Positions 41,222 through 50,090 of a stretch of DNA of 64,000 nt are shown piece by piece (position 1 is the first letter of the stretch; each line of letters opens with the position of its first letter). This DNA comes from an uncultured delta proteobacterium (GTDB lineage: Bacteria; Myxococcota_A; Polyangia; Fen-1088): positions 1 through 64,000 of the forward strand of contig CAVTRY010000015.1 of NCBI GenBank assembly GCA_963737265.1, read 5' to 3'. Made by a program: the position numbers and the translations under genes. A model generated the notes under the pieces. It saw only the letters and a program-made list of their open reading frames with translations. It made no database searches and had not been told where the DNA came from.

Positions 41222-42235
41222 CTATTGGATCGGCACACCCTGAGAGGCTAGATCTGCCAACCCATCTCCGTTCACATCGAGGACTTGACTCGTGGCATAT
41301 CCACCCCCGCATGTGGTTCCGGAGTTATCCACCTCAGCAGTCTGTGTTCCGATGGAAACCGTTCCTTGTCCATTGCTCTGACTTAGAGCGACTCCAGTCG
41401 CAAATGTTCCGTCGGGATTGGCAGTCTGGACGGTCACCAAGGTCCTTTGAACGGGGTCGGGGGTAGTGCCGATACCAACGCCCCGGCAGCTGTTCCCCAT
41501 CTGGAGCAAGTCCGCTCTACCATCTCCGTCGAAGTCGACAATCCGAAGACCGGGGTCTCGCGGTTTGCCGTTGCCATTGAGCACATCCAGCGACTGGCCC
41601 ATCTTATCCGTCGACTGCTGGAAGATTGGGATGGGCGGCAAAAAGCCTCGGCCGCTATTTTTCCACACACGGATACTGGGCGGAGGGTTGAGCGGATTTG
41701 TGGTGCTAGCACTCCCATTGATAGGAATCTCGATGGCATCTGGCAGGCCGTCGCCGTTCACGTCCGCAAACTGATATCTCACCGAGCCCGGTGTCTTGTT
41801 GCTGGAGAGAAGGCTCGTTAGGGCCGTTGAGACTGCACCACCATTCGGGCCACTGAAAAGCGCCCGCATGTGGTTCGACGGCGGGCTCGGGGTTATAGTT
41901 CCGGAATCCCAGGAAACGATTGCGACTTTGCCATCCCCGTTGATATCGGCGAGATAGGAATTCCACGGCTGGGTCAGGTCATATGCTCCAATAAATTTCC
42001 AGGAGCTGGCGGATGAGCCGAAGCCGTTTGAGGAGTTTGGCAAATAGTACCAAAGTGGCGAATGGTTGAGTGAGAACTGAATTGGCTTTATGAGGTCGGG
42101 CAGTCCATCGCCGTCAAAATCGCCAACCATCGGTAACACCGCTTTTCCCTGAAGAACCAAGTTGTCGGTCGGCGCTGGCCCAATGGAGTTTCCTGAGGTG
42201 CCGTCCGCACACCAGTTTGCCGCACAGAGCTCCAA
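41222..42235 (-). pseudogene. Internal fragment of an FG-GAP/VCBS-repeat protein (Rhs/YD-toxin-type N-terminal region)
   Basis: Repeats GDFDGDGLPD, ADINGDG, ADVNGDGLPD, VDFDGDGRAD and LDVNGDGLAD; no signal peptide, both ends abrupt. Confidence 0.7.
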
Positions 42236-42688
42236 AGACGGCGGTCAACGAGCGCGACCAGCAGGTGTCGCGCGGTTGGGCGTGGGTCGACCGCGTGGCT
42301 GGCAGCCTCGGCGTGCTGGCAAGCACGGATCAGGTGCTGGACACGGCGCTGATTGCGGCCAAACCCACCGACGATGCCGAGCTGGAGGCGGGCATTCGCG
42401 CGCTTGCAACCATCTAATATGGAAACCCTGAGAGGGTTTCCATGCCTTCCCGCGAATGGTGCGCCGCCAGCAAAGCTGGCGGGCTCCCCACGCGACCTGA
42501 ACGAAAGCAAGTCGCGGCTGCCGCCGGATGCCGAGGCGGACAAGCGCCTGGCCGAGGTCGATGCCCTGCGTACGTCCCTGCAAACATCGCCCGGTACGGT
42601 GCACACGTCCAAGGGCCAGACCCTGGCGGACACGGTGCAGATCGATCTCTACGACGGCACGCTCTACGCAAGCAGGCGCGACCTGAAA
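42217..42688 (+). pseudogene. Fragment of a helical hypothetical protein, fused in frame to repeat copy 2
   Basis: Broken ORFs 42217..42417 and 42353..42778 with host-like GC3. Confidence 0.4.
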
Positions 42689-42786
42689 AACACCTTGTTC
42701 GGCTACCGCCAAGAAACCCCGCCGAGCGCCCCGCCGAACCGCGACGGCGGCGTGGCCGAACCGCCGAAAGCGCATTGAGAAAGGCG
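42689..42786 (+). repeat. Direct repeat copy 2 (att-like)
   Basis: AACACCTTGTTCGGCTACCGCCAAGAAACCCC... matches 39667..39763. Confidence 0.92.
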
Positions 42787-42797
42787 ATCTGAGCCTG

Positions 42798-44060
42798 CTA
42801 CTGTCCCATCCAGTTGACGACGAACTGTCCGTGCCCGCCCTGGATTGCAGTCCCTGATACAGGCAGAGTGCCCGGGTAAGACGCCCCCGCCACGTCGCTG
42901 CTGAGCGTGTTGCTCGGCCAGGGCCCGTCGAGCGAGGCGTTCCCGCCAAGGATGCAGCTCGCGTCCGCGCACTGGTCGAGCTTCCAGGCCACGCCGCTGA
43001 TGTTGTTCTGCGACATCCACGCGAACCAGAGGTTGGCCTCGTCCGCGCAGACGTAGTTGTGATTTTGGGCGAGTCCCCCGTCGGAGAAGGTGGCGCCGAA
43101 TTCGGTCACGAACAGGGCGATGCCACCCGCGATGGCCTTGTCGCCCAGGCTGCGGAACGATTGTCCGTGTGTGCACGAATACCAGTGCAGGGTGTAGAGC
43201 AAGTTGGTGCCAACCACCGGATCCGCGGCCGCCTGATCGACCCGCTGAGACCATTGCGGCGTACCTAGGACCATCAGATTGTCCGAACCCGCGGCGCGAA
43301 CCGCGTCGACCACTGCCTGGTGATAGGCCTTGATCTGCGGCCAGGTGGGGCCGGCCGGTTCGTTGTACGGCTCCCAGATTACATTCGGGTAGGCACCGTA
43401 CTTGGTCGCCATTTCGGTGAAGAAAGCGACGGCGGCCGTCTGCTGATTCACCTGCGGATCCGCCGCCGCCGCCACCTCGGTGTGCCAGTCGACCAGCACG
43501 TAGACGCCGAGCTCGATGGCGTTTTGGATCACGGCCTCGACCTTACTGTTCATGCCGACGGGATCGGTCAGATATCCCCCCGATTGCTCGGTGCCCATGG
43601 ACGCGCGAATCACCGAGAGATTCCAGTGGTCGCGCATGTACTTGAGTGCATTCTTGCTTTCGGCGAAGGGCAGGCTCTCCCACGCGAGCCACATGCTGCT
43701 GGCGCCCTTGAGCTGGAAGGGCGTTCCATTCTGGTCCACGAGCTGGCTGCGCACGATCGGACTTGCCGCATCGGCGGCCGGACTTCCGCCGTCTACCGCC
43801 GGAGTTCCGCCGTCCGCCGCCGGACCTTCCCCGCCAGCGAGAGGATTTTCGCCTGCATCGACCGTCGGAGTGGTCACCACCGTCGCGACCACGCTCAGCC
43901 GACCATGGATAGCCACCGGAGATCCTACCGGAGCGCTTCCCGCATCGGGGCCCTGCCAGTTATCCGAGGGATTATCCGAGGAAGGAGTGCTGGCGCACCC
44001 GATGGACAAGCAGAGCGCTGCGGAAACGACTAAAGACATCGAACTACTACGACTTCGCAT
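42798..44060 (-). CDS. Glycoside hydrolase family 5 (endoglucanase-like) lipoprotein
   Basis: Lipobox SIGC; VYVLVDWH, WEPYNEP (acid/base), YTLHWY, FVTEFG (nucleophile). Confidence 0.9.
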   Translation of the reverse strand: MRSRSSSMSLVVSAALCLSIGCASTPSSDNPSDNWQGPDAGSAPVGSPVAIHGRLSVVATVVTTPTVDAGENPLAGGEGPAADGGTPAVDGGSPAADAASPIVRSQLVDQNGTPFQLKGASSMWLAWESLPFAESKNALKYMRDHWNLSVIRASMGTEQSGGYLTDPVGMNSKVEAVIQNAIELGVYVLVDWHTEVAAAADPQVNQQTAAVAFFTEMATKYGAYPNVIWEPYNEPAGPTWPQIKAYHQAVVDAVRAAGSDNLMVLGTPQWSQRVDQAAADPVVGTNLLYTLHWYSCTHGQSFRSLGDKAIAGGIALFVTEFGATFSDGGLAQNHNYVCADEANLWFAWMSQNNISGVAWKLDQCADASCILGGNASLDGPWPSNTLSSDVAGASYPGTLPVSGTAIQGGHGQFVVNWMGQ

Positions 44061-44445
44061 CACGATCCTCTCGGGTTGTGTTCGAAAAAATGGACTGCCC
44101 CGGAGTACGCAGGGACTTGGCGGAAGAACCCGGATAGAAGGCAAAATGGGCATGCGCACCGACGCAAAATTCCGATGTAGCCAGCGCCGACAGTCGGTGC
44201 GGCGTAGGTGCGTCGAGCAGGATCCATTCCGGCCCCTGGCCCCGTTTCGCCGCGCACCCGAGCCACACCCATGTGGTGCGCACATACGTATGAATGGTCG
44301 GCAGTAGTGCGGCCGATCTTGAGGCCCGCTTCCACGGACGCACCGAATCGGCCATGATGGTCTCGTCCTTGGAATCTCGCGTCCAATTCCAGAATCGCCG
44401 GATTGCCTTCGCCGAATATGGCGATCCGGTCGGCCTCCGCTTTCT

Positions 44446-45253
44446 CTAGCCCGCGCGTTCTTCGAGAAAGCCGAGCACTCTCTCGACAAACATTCCCGGC
44501 CCCGTGGACATAGCGGCGTGGCCCTGCCCGTGCAGTTCTTCGATGCGGCTGCCTGCCACGGCGGCGCTGGCCATCTTGGTTGCAGCGTGCATGTAGTCGG
44601 GGCTGATGCTGCCGACGAGGAAGAGCGTGGGCACACGGACATGGGCGAAGGTCTCGGCGGCAAAGCGGTAGGTGTTGGCGATGCCGACTTCGCGCGGGAT
44701 GGTGGGCGCGGCCTGCACGCGCACGGGCCAGCTCGACGAACGGCGCAGGCGCTCGAACGTCGCTGTCGTCCAGCCGAATCACCTCGCGCAGAAAGCCCTC
44801 GACCACGGCTTCGTGCTTGCCGGCGGCGAGCAGGGCCTGCAGGCGGTGCGCGAGATCGGCGGCGAAGATCAAGCCCCGACCGGGCAACGGCAAGGGCGGC
44901 TCGTAGAGAACCATTTTGGCGATGCGGGTGGTAAGGCGCGAAGCCTCCAGCGAGCAGATGGCGCCGTAGGAGTGGGCCAGGACGCACGCAGGTTCCGGCG
45001 TCGCATCGAGTACGGCGGCCACGTCCTCGAATTCCCTTTCGATGGCATACGCGGGACCATCGCCACTTTTGCCGCGTCCGCGCCTGTCGACCAGGTACAG
45101 CGAAAAGCGCTCGGCCAGCCTAGTCACGATGGTGCCCCAGCGGGTGTGATCGAGGGTGGTACCGTGCACCATCACGAGCGGCTGCCCGTGGCCCCGCCGT
45201 TCGAAGGCGATGCGGGTTCCGTCCTTGGATTTGACCGTTTCGATGAGGCGCAT
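44446..45253 (-). CDS. Alpha/beta hydrolase; frameshift near 44757
   Basis: VMVHG, DRRGRGKSGD, AHSYG nucleophile elbow and LYEPP; C-terminal ELHGQGH in the next frame. Confidence 0.85.
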
Positions 45254-45439
45254 GCGAATCTAGCAGCCCGTGGTGAAAGTCGGACCGAGCCGTTCGGAGT
45301 GGATCTGGGCCGGATGCAAGGAGCAGCGAAGCGCTGAATACTAGAGGTATTCAAGCGAACGGCGACGCAGCAGACGGCCCAAATCCGCCCGAACGGCGAC
45401 GTGGAGACTTTTACCACGGGCTGCTAGATGGCGTGCTAA

Positions 45440-45605
45440 GTACAGCTTCCCGCAATTTCGTGCCCATCTGGTCGCGGATCCATCCCGCCGGGCCGCGTTT
45501 CTCGTCGTCGTAATACGTCGGGTATTCCTCCTCCTCGCGCCTCGCCAGCCGGGCGCCTCGGCCGCCTCGGCACCCGACTCGTGGCATCTACTCTCTGACG
45601 AGCGC
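45440..45605. mobile_element. MITE-like element, second copy with a non-matching left end
   Basis: Shares the core CTCGTCGT..AATACGTCG.GTATTCCTCCTCCTCGCGCCTCGCCAGCCGGGCGCC and the right end CTCTGACGAGCGC-TAA with 19636..19794; CTAAG at both flanks. Confidence 0.75.
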
Positions 45606-45648
45606 TAAGGTAGCGCGCGTTTACGTCCATGATCCGCCACGGAGATAT

Positions 45649-46659
45649 CTATTCCGAAATCCGCACCAACTGCTTGCCCCGATTCTCGCCCGAGAACAGC
45701 CTAGCCAGGGCGGCCGGCGCATTTTCGAAGCCCTGAACCACATCGACGCGATCCTTGATCCGACCCTCGGCAAACCACGCCGCTAGCGCAGCGGTTGCTT
45801 CGTTGGCGCGGGTCATGTAGTCCGTGACCACGAAGCCCTCCATCCGACCTCTGCGAGTGAGGAGACGAAGATAGGCCTTGGGCCCAGGCGCTGGTGCATC
45901 TAGGTTGTAGGTAGAGATGGCGCCACAGATCACGATCCGGCCGCGCATGGCGAGGTTGCCTAAAGCCGCGTCGAGAGCGGCGCCGCCGACGTTGTCGAAA
46001 AACACGTCGACACCCTTTGGACAGGTCAGGCGCAGGCGGGTGAGCAGGTTCTCATTCTTGTAGTCGATGGCGGCGTCGAAGCCTAGCTCGTCGGTGAGGT
46101 AGCGACACTTTTCGGCGGACCCGGCGAGGCCCACGACACGGCAGCCCAGAAGCTTGGCGATCTGGCCAACCACCGAGCCGGTCGCCCCGGCGGCGCCCGA
46201 CACCAGCACGGTCTCTCCCGCCTTGGCCTGGCCGATGTCGAGTAAACCAAAATAGGCGGTCATGCCGGTGAGGCCGAGCACGCTCATGCCGTTTTCCAGG
46301 GGAATTCCATCGGGGATGGCATTCATGAACGTGGTCTGCCCAGGCCGAACGCAGGCGTAGTCCTGCCAGCCGAAAATCCCCTGTACGCGTTGACCCACGG
46401 GAAAACCCGGGTCGAGGGAGCGGACGACCTCGCCTCCGGCAATGCCGCGCATGACCTCGCCAATGGGCACCGCCGGCAGGTATGTGTCATAGGCCATCCA
46501 GCCGCGCTGGGTGGGGTCGCAGGATAGAAGATCAATGCGTACGAGGACTTCCCCGTCGGCGACTTCGGGGATAGGGGACTCGGTAAGTCGGAAATCGGCG
46601 GGGCATACCAATCCATTGGGCCGCCGGGAAAGTCGCCATTGTCGGTTCGTAATTCGCAT
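45649..46659 (-). CDS. NADP-dependent alkenal/one oxidoreductase (PTGR/CurA-like MDR)
   Basis: LSCDP..RGWM, GMTAYFGL, VSGAAGATGS, FFDNVGG, CGAISTYN, GENRGKQLV. Confidence 0.92.
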   Translation of the reverse strand: MRITNRQWRLSRRPNGLVCPADFRLTESPIPEVADGEVLVRIDLLSCDPTQRGWMAYDTYLPAVPIGEVMRGIAGGEVVRSLDPGFPVGQRVQGIFGWQDYACVRPGQTTFMNAIPDGIPLENGMSVLGLTGMTAYFGLLDIGQAKAGETVLVSGAAGATGSVVGQIAKLLGCRVVGLAGSAEKCRYLTDELGFDAAIDYKNENLLTRLRLTCPKGVDVFFDNVGGAALDAALGNLAMRGRIVICGAISTYNLDAPAPGPKAYLRLLTRRGRMEGFVVTDYMTRANEATAALAAWFAEGRIKDRVDVVQGFENAPAALARLFSGENRGKQLVRISE

Positions 46660-46833
46660 CGATTTTTCCTGAATCGCTCAAGCGGGCCCGCACATCCAGC
46701 GGGGCGAGAGTCAATCTAGCCAGGCGGAGTTTGCTGGCCACACTTGCCTTTCCCGTAGTCGAATGCAATAATCAGTTTAGCCGAGTGGAGTTTGCTTGGC
46801 CACTTTGCCTTTTTTCTAATCGAATAGACCTTC

Positions 46834-47994
46834 ATGACAGAATCAAACGGTTTCGACCTCAGCCCCGCCCAACGCGAGCGCGTGGATGCGGTCCTTCGCT
46901 TCGCTCGAAGTCGCCTTTCACCGGGTGCTCGCGAACGAGAAGCCAAGAGTGTATTCGAACGAGGTCTGTGGACCGAGGCTGCCGACTTTGGCTTGACCGG
47001 ATTGCCCGTCCCCGAGGAATGGGGTGGGGGCGGCCTGGACGCCGTGGACACGATGTTGGTGATTGAGGCCCTGGGCCGCGGCTGCGAAGACGGTGGCCTG
47101 GTGTTCTCGCTTTGTGCGCACATGTTCGCTTCGGTGGTGCCCATTTGGCGATCTGGTGCGAAGGAGCTGCACGAACGCTATCTGAGCGATCTGGCGGCGG
47201 GGAAAATCATTTGCGCCAACGGTACCAGCGAGCCCGAGGCCGGCTCGGATGTGCACGCCATGAAGGCCACTGCCCGTCGCGACGGCAATGGCTATGTCCT
47301 CGATGGCACCAAGTGTTTCATCACCAACGCGCCGGTTGCCGACCTATTTTTGATCTACGCAAAGACCAACCCAGCAGCCGGATTCATGGGGATTTCCGCC
47401 TTTCTCGTTCCGCGGGCAAGCCAAGGTCTTCGCGTCGTTCCCGAACATGGCAAGAACGGCCTGCGCACATCGCCGTGGGGCACGATCTACCTTGAGGAAT
47501 GCCGCGTGCGCGAGGGCGACCGGATGGGTCCCGAGGGCTGCGGGGCTGCCCTGTTCGGTGAGTCGATGGTGTGGGAGCGTTGCTGCCTGTTCGCCTACTA
47601 CGTCGGCGCCATGGCGCGCAGCCTCGACCAATGCATCGATCATGTGCGCTCGCGCCAGCAATTCGGTCATCGCATCGCCAGCTACCAGTCCGTCGCGAAC
47701 CGCATCGTGGACATGAAGCTGCGGCTCGAAACGAGTCGCCTCCTGCTTTACCGTGCCGGCGAGCTGCACCGCCTGGGCAGGCGCTGCGACGAAGCCGTGG
47801 CCATGTGCAAGTTGTGGATCTCCGAGGCGGCCGTTCAGTCGGGGTTGGACGCCATCCAGATCTTCGGCGGCTCGGGCGTGGTGACCGATACGGGGGTCGA
47901 CGCGCTGCTGCGCGATGCCGTGCCGGCGCAGATCTTCTCGGGCACCTCGGAGATGCAGCGGATGATTATCGCGCGAGCGCTGGGCGTCTTCTGA
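46834..47994 (+). CDS. Prolyl-carrier-protein dehydrogenase (PltE/RedW/AnaB-like acyl-CoA dehydrogenase fold)
   Basis: LGRGCEDGGLVFSLCAH..VVPIW, SEPEAGSD, FITNAPVAD, MVWER and IFSGTSEMQ; coupled to a Pro-type A domain. Confidence 0.82.
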   Translation: MTESNGFDLSPAQRERVDAVLRFARSRLSPGAREREAKSVFERGLWTEAADFGLTGLPVPEEWGGGGLDAVDTMLVIEALGRGCEDGGLVFSLCAHMFASVVPIWRSGAKELHERYLSDLAAGKIICANGTSEPEAGSDVHAMKATARRDGNGYVLDGTKCFITNAPVADLFLIYAKTNPAAGFMGISAFLVPRASQGLRVVPEHGKNGLRTSPWGTIYLEECRVREGDRMGPEGCGAALFGESMVWERCCLFAYYVGAMARSLDQCIDHVRSRQQFGHRIASYQSVANRIVDMKLRLETSRLLLYRAGELHRLGRRCDEAVAMCKLWISEAAVQSGLDAIQIFGGSGVVTDTGVDALLRDAVPAQIFSGTSEMQRMIIARALGVF

Positions 47995-49574
47995 TGCCCA
48001 CAGAGACGCGCATAGATCGGTTGGTCGCGCCGATTGCCAAGCTTGCGCCCGATCGCATCGCCGTCGACGGTGTGGGCGAGGCTCTGAGTTATCGCGACCT
48101 CGATGCCTTGGCCAACCGCTTCGCTCGACTTTTCCGCCGCATGGGCGTGGTCCCTGGCGACCGGGTGGGCGTGCATGTGCCGCGCTCGGGTCGCACGGTG
48201 GCCGCCATGCTCGGCGCTTCGCGCGCCGGCGCGGTGTACGTGCCACTCGATCCGAGTTCGCCGCCAGCGCGCATGAAGGTTATCGCCAACGACTGCGGAC
48301 TGGCCCACGTCGTGATCACGCCGGCGCTGCTGGACAACTGGTTGGCCGCGGGTGTGAGCGCGCCGATCCGCCATTTTTTTCTGGCAGCCGATGGGCCGGT
48401 GCCTGCGTTGCCCGCTGGTATCGCCGTTCATCCGTGGTCGGAAGTCATGGCCGAGGATAACGGTCCCGTGGTGGCACCCTCTGACTCGCCCGACGACCTG
48501 GCCTATCTGCTTTACACCTCGGGTTCGACTGGGACGCCCAAGGGCGTGATGATCTCCCATCGCAACGCGCTCGCCTTTTCCGAATGGGCCGCCGAACAGA
48601 TAGCGCTGTCGGCTGACGACCGGGTGGCCTCCGTCGCGCCCTTTCACTTCGATCTGTCGGTCTTCGATCTGTGGGCCTCGCTGTCGCGCGGATCGACCAT
48701 CGTGATCGTGGACGAAAGCATGGTGCTTTCGGGCGCGCGCATGCTTGACCGGATTCGCGAGAAATCCATCACCGTGTGGTACTCGGTGCCGACGGCGCTG
48801 GTGCTGATGCTCGAAAGCGGCGGGCTGGCAGCACGAGGCGCGCCGTCGCTACGCGTGGTCTTCTTCGCGGGCGAGGTGTTTCCCGCACGCCACTTGCGGC
48901 GGACCATGGCGGCGCTGCCCGAGGCCCGGTTCTTCAATCTCTTTGGTCCCACGGAGACCAACGTCTGTCTAGCCCACGAGGTGACGCGCAGCCCAGTCCA
49001 GCACGGCGATGTTATTCCCATCGGCCGCCCAAGTTGCGGAAACAGCGTATGGATCGTCGACGAGCATGGTCAACCCGCACCCGATGGCACGGTCGGCGAA
49101 CTTCTTGTGGACGGCCCCACCGTCATGCTCGGCTATTGGGCCGCGGGCCAGCGAACGCGGGCGCCGCGGCCTTACCCAACCGGCGATTTCGTGGCTCGGC
49201 GTCCTGATGGTGAAATCATGTATCGCGGCAGGCGCGACCACATGGTCAAGGTGCGTGGCTTTCGCATCGAATTGGCCGAGGTCGAGGCGGCGCTTCTTCG
49301 TCACGAAGGGATTCGCGAAGCCATCGCCATGGCCATCGAAGGTCAGTTGGTCGCGGTGGTGCAACCCTCCGACTCCCAGCTTTCGGTGTTGGCCATCAAA
49401 CGCCATGCCGCCACCCACCTGCCTCCGTACATGATCCCCACCGACATCCGCCTGGTGGCCGAAGTTCCCCGCACATCGAGCGGGAAGGCCGATCGCGTGC
49501 GACTAAGAAACGCCGTGGTAGGGGGCGACATCCTTGTATTGAGGCCGTTCGGTCAATCCGCCAATGGGAGTTGA
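47994..49574 (+). CDS. Stand-alone amino acid adenylation enzyme, proline-type (PltF/RedM/AnaC-like)
   Basis: YTSGSTGTPKG, APFHFDLSVFD, VWYSVP, FFAGE, NLFGPTETNVC, PRTSSGK; specificity residues read by eye approximately DLFYFALVCK. Confidence 0.82.
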   Translation: MPTETRIDRLVAPIAKLAPDRIAVDGVGEALSYRDLDALANRFARLFRRMGVVPGDRVGVHVPRSGRTVAAMLGASRAGAVYVPLDPSSPPARMKVIANDCGLAHVVITPALLDNWLAAGVSAPIRHFFLAADGPVPALPAGIAVHPWSEVMAEDNGPVVAPSDSPDDLAYLLYTSGSTGTPKGVMISHRNALAFSEWAAEQIALSADDRVASVAPFHFDLSVFDLWASLSRGSTIVIVDESMVLSGARMLDRIREKSITVWYSVPTALVLMLESGGLAARGAPSLRVVFFAGEVFPARHLRRTMAALPEARFFNLFGPTETNVCLAHEVTRSPVQHGDVIPIGRPSCGNSVWIVDEHGQPAPDGTVGELLVDGPTVMLGYWAAGQRTRAPRPYPTGDFVARRPDGEIMYRGRRDHMVKVRGFRIELAEVEAALLRHEGIREAIAMAIEGQLVAVVQPSDSQLSVLAIKRHAATHLPPYMIPTDIRLVAEVPRTSSGKADRVRLRNAVVGGDILVLRPFGQSANGS

Positions 49575-49587
49575 TAAGGAGTTAGCA

Positions 49588-49839
49588 ATGGAAGAACGCA
49601 TACACAAGACTATCCGCGACTATGTCGTCAGCACCTGGCTGTCCGGCGACGAGCGCGGCTTCGACGACAATACTGACCTATTGCAAGCCGGCATTCTGGA
49701 CTCGTTTAGTACCCTAAACATTGCGGCGTTTCTCGACGAGAGTTTCAAAACGCAGCTCGAACCTTCAGAGATTAATCCACAGAACTTTCGAAGCGTGGCG
49801 AGCCTAGCCGCGATCGTGATGGCCAAGTCGAACAGCTAA
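49588..49839 (+). CDS. Peptidyl carrier protein (PltL/RedO-like)
   Basis: AAGGAG SD; acidic ~83 aa protein with GILDSF Ppant serine and INPQNFRSV. Confidence 0.85.
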   Translation: MEERIHKTIRDYVVSTWLSGDERGFDDNTDLLQAGILDSFSTLNIAAFLDESFKTQLEPSEINPQNFRSVASLAAIVMAKSNS

Positions 49840-49855
49840 TCAGGAGGAAATTACC

Positions 49856-50080
49856 ATGGAAGACACCCTTAGAACCGTCGTAGCCAAGATTGCCGAGATT
49901 ACCCCAGACTTCGAGGCCGATGCCGGACTGCGTGACGACCTTGGCGTGGACTCGGTTCGCGCGCTCGAGCTTATTTTCGAGATCGAAAGGACCCTGGCCG
50001 TCAAGGTGCCGGACAATCGCTATGGGCGAGTGCGAACGTTCAAAGACTTGGTCGCCCTCGTGAGCGATCTCAAGAACTGA
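49856..50080 (+). CDS. Acyl carrier protein
   Basis: AGGAGG SD; DLGVDSVRALEL motif. Confidence 0.9.
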   Translation: MEDTLRTVVAKIAEITPDFEADAGLRDDLGVDSVRALELIFEIERTLAVKVPDNRYGRVRTFKDLVALVSDLKN

Positions 50081-50090
50081 GATTTTCCAC

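Noticed and set aside
39667-42786. Direct repeat as a DGR template/variable repeat pair
   Set aside because: Differences are not adenine-specific (they include C>G and G>A) and no reverse transcriptase is present
44140-44190. c-di-GMP-I riboswitch-like words (GGCAAA...GACGCAAA...GTAGCCAGC)
   Set aside because: No GNRA-capped P2 stem, P3 too short, and on the opposite strand to the flanking genes; an Rfam scan would settle it
42798-44987. 729 aa GH5 ORF, and similarly extended ORFs 32313..35381, 47571..49574 and 54653..57292
   Set aside because: The N-terminal extensions are off-frame read-through of neighbouring genes in GC-rich DNA; real starts were assigned downstream
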